A stretch of DNA of 64,000 nt. It comes from Dehalococcoidia bacterium. GTDB lineage: Bacteria > Chloroflexota > Dehalococcoidia > Lucifugimonadales > Lucifugimonadaceae. Under the pieces are notes generated by a model, which worked only from the letters and a program-made list of their open reading frames with translations, was not told the DNA's origin and did no database searches. Each line of letters starts with the position of its first letter. Positions within the stretch are counted from its first letter, which is position 1. Shown in pieces: positions 62,873 to 64,000 of this stretch. The position numbers were made by a program, and so were the translations under genes. Location: the NCBI GenBank assembly GCA_022824185.1, contig JAJEAU010000023.1, positions 16,761 through 80,760 on the forward strand, read 5' to 3'.

Positions 62873-63904
62873 TTAGGCCGCTTCGTAGTGGTGCTCGCCG
62901 GCAAGCACGTAACCGTATGCCGAAAGCGCGGCGATCGCGCCTTGCGATGCCGCAGTCACCGTCTGTTTCAACGAGGTGCCGTCGGTCAGATCACCCGCCG
63001 CGTATATCCCTGGGACGCTCGTCCGTTGACCACGATCGACGTGAACTTCGCCGGTTTCTTCGTTCAGATCGAGACCGAGCATGTTCGGGACTTCGAGCCG
63101 AGGGTCTGCCCCAGCTTCGATAAATATCCCATCCAGGTCGATGACATCCTTCCCGTGGTCGTCCTCACGCGATTTGTTCAACGGTTCGGTCTGTTCGGGA
63201 TGGATTTTGACTGTCTCGTTGTCGTCCATCGGACGCGAGATGCGGATGCCGGTCAGCCCCGCGAGATCGGTTCCTATCAATTCGGTCACGGTCGTGCCGA
63301 GCAAGACGCGGATATTCGGGACCTGCGACAACACCTTGAGCTGAATCGGTTCGGGCCGCCAAAGTTCGTCGCCCCTATAGATGAGATAGACGTGCTTTGC
63401 GTAACGAGCGAGCAGGATTGCGCCCTCAGTCGCAGCGTTTCCGCCTCCGACGACCGCCGCGGCCTCCTTGTTCCGGTACAACGGAGCATCGCACGTGGAG
63501 CAATACGACACACCCTTGCCCGTCCACTCCTCCTCGTTGGGCAGACCGAGCGTCCGGCGTTCCCGGCCCACGCACAGGATCACCGAACCAGCGTCAACGA
63601 TGTCGCCGCCGTCGAGTGTGCAGATGAAGCGATCACCGTCCGGCTCGACCGCCACCAAATTGCGAGAGATCGTCGGCACTTCGAGATTGTCGACCTGCTC
63701 CTTGAACTTGAGCATCAAGTCGAAACCGTCGATGTCAGGAGTTCCCGGGTAGTTTTCTATCAGGCCACCGATGGCTGTTTCGCCGCCGAATGATTCCGAG
63801 ACAATGATCGTGCTGAGTTGGTATCTCGCTGCATAGAGCGCAGCGGCGAAAGCGGCGGCACCTTGACCTGCAACCAATACATCGGCTTTGTGAGTTTCGA
63901 GCAT
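62873..63904 (-). CDS. Thioredoxin-disulfide-reductase-like FAD/NAD(P) oxidoreductase
   Basis: N-terminal DVLVAGQGAAAFAAALYAAR (FAD), a redox CxxC (YCSTCDAPLY), the second Rossmann AAVVGGGNAATEGA, and the C-terminal GIYAAGD. Confidence 0.8.
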   Translation of the reverse strand: MLETHKADVLVAGQGAAAFAAALYAARYQLSTIIVSESFGGETAIGGLIENYPGTPDIDGFDLMLKFKEQVDNLEVPTISRNLVAVEPDGDRFICTLDGGDIVDAGSVILCVGRERRTLGLPNEEEWTGKGVSYCSTCDAPLYRNKEAAAVVGGGNAATEGAILLARYAKHVYLIYRGDELWRPEPIQLKVLSQVPNIRVLLGTTVTELIGTDLAGLTGIRISRPMDDNETVKIHPEQTEPLNKSREDDHGKDVIDLDGIFIEAGADPRLEVPNMLGLDLNEETGEVHVDRGQRTSVPGIYAAGDLTDGTSLKQTVTAASQGAIAALSAYGYVLAGEHHYEAA

Positions 63905-64000
63905 TTCAACTACCCCCGAACAGAAAAAACGGCTTCAATTTGGACAATGGCTTCTCTCTTATAAAGTCTATTTCATAGGCGATTTTTCGCCTCAGGGATA

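Noticed and set aside
62807-63793. 328-aa plus-strand ORF
   Set aside because: Entirely antisense to the thioredoxin-reductase-like gene (62873-63904), which has clear FAD/NAD and CxxC motifs. The product is Arg/Val/Asp-rich with no motif. It is a typical shadow ORF in GC-rich DNA.

Overview
This 64-kb window is a gene-dense chromosomal segment with about 58 supportable protein genes and 2 tRNAs. I found no rRNA, CRISPR array, transposase or integrase. The DNA is moderately GC-rich by eye, with coding strands rich in C-ending codons.

Content:
- Translation and housekeeping genes: gatA 3' end, argS, hisS, prfA-prmC, rpsT, rel, ybeY, tRNA-Pro(GGG), tRNA-Asp(GTC).
- Many catabolic enzyme paralogues: amidase, amidohydrolase, enolase-superfamily, CaiB-type CoA-transferase, SDRs, KDG kinase, two aldolases, glycerol kinase, YdiJ-like FAD/Fe-S oxidase.
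- Four MFS-type or other transporters and mgtE.
- The enzyme and transporter mix is reminiscent of marine Chloroflexota (SAR202-like). This is inference only.

Accessory-looking parts are small:
- A DUF433/PIN-like toxin-antitoxin pair sits between two paralogous MFS genes.
- A solitary low-GC fic gene is flanked by a repeated 13-bp TGTAYA-containing motif.
- An orphan HicB-like gene lies near tRNA-Asp.

The signals most worth following up:
1. Two LPETG-anchored surface proteins share a C-terminal domain. One is a 1127-aa protein built from three copies of an unrecognised WW/Cys-pair module.
2. A copper-handling cluster ends in a CopC-CopD-cytochrome c fusion.
3. A GatC/AtzG-like microprotein is coupled to an amidase.
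4. A His-rich protein is translationally coupled to rpsT.
5. A GreA homologue carries a ~130-aa N-terminal extension.

I do not see a clear, self-contained novel defence or mobile system. All family assignments are from motif recognition by eye and need HMM or structure confirmation.
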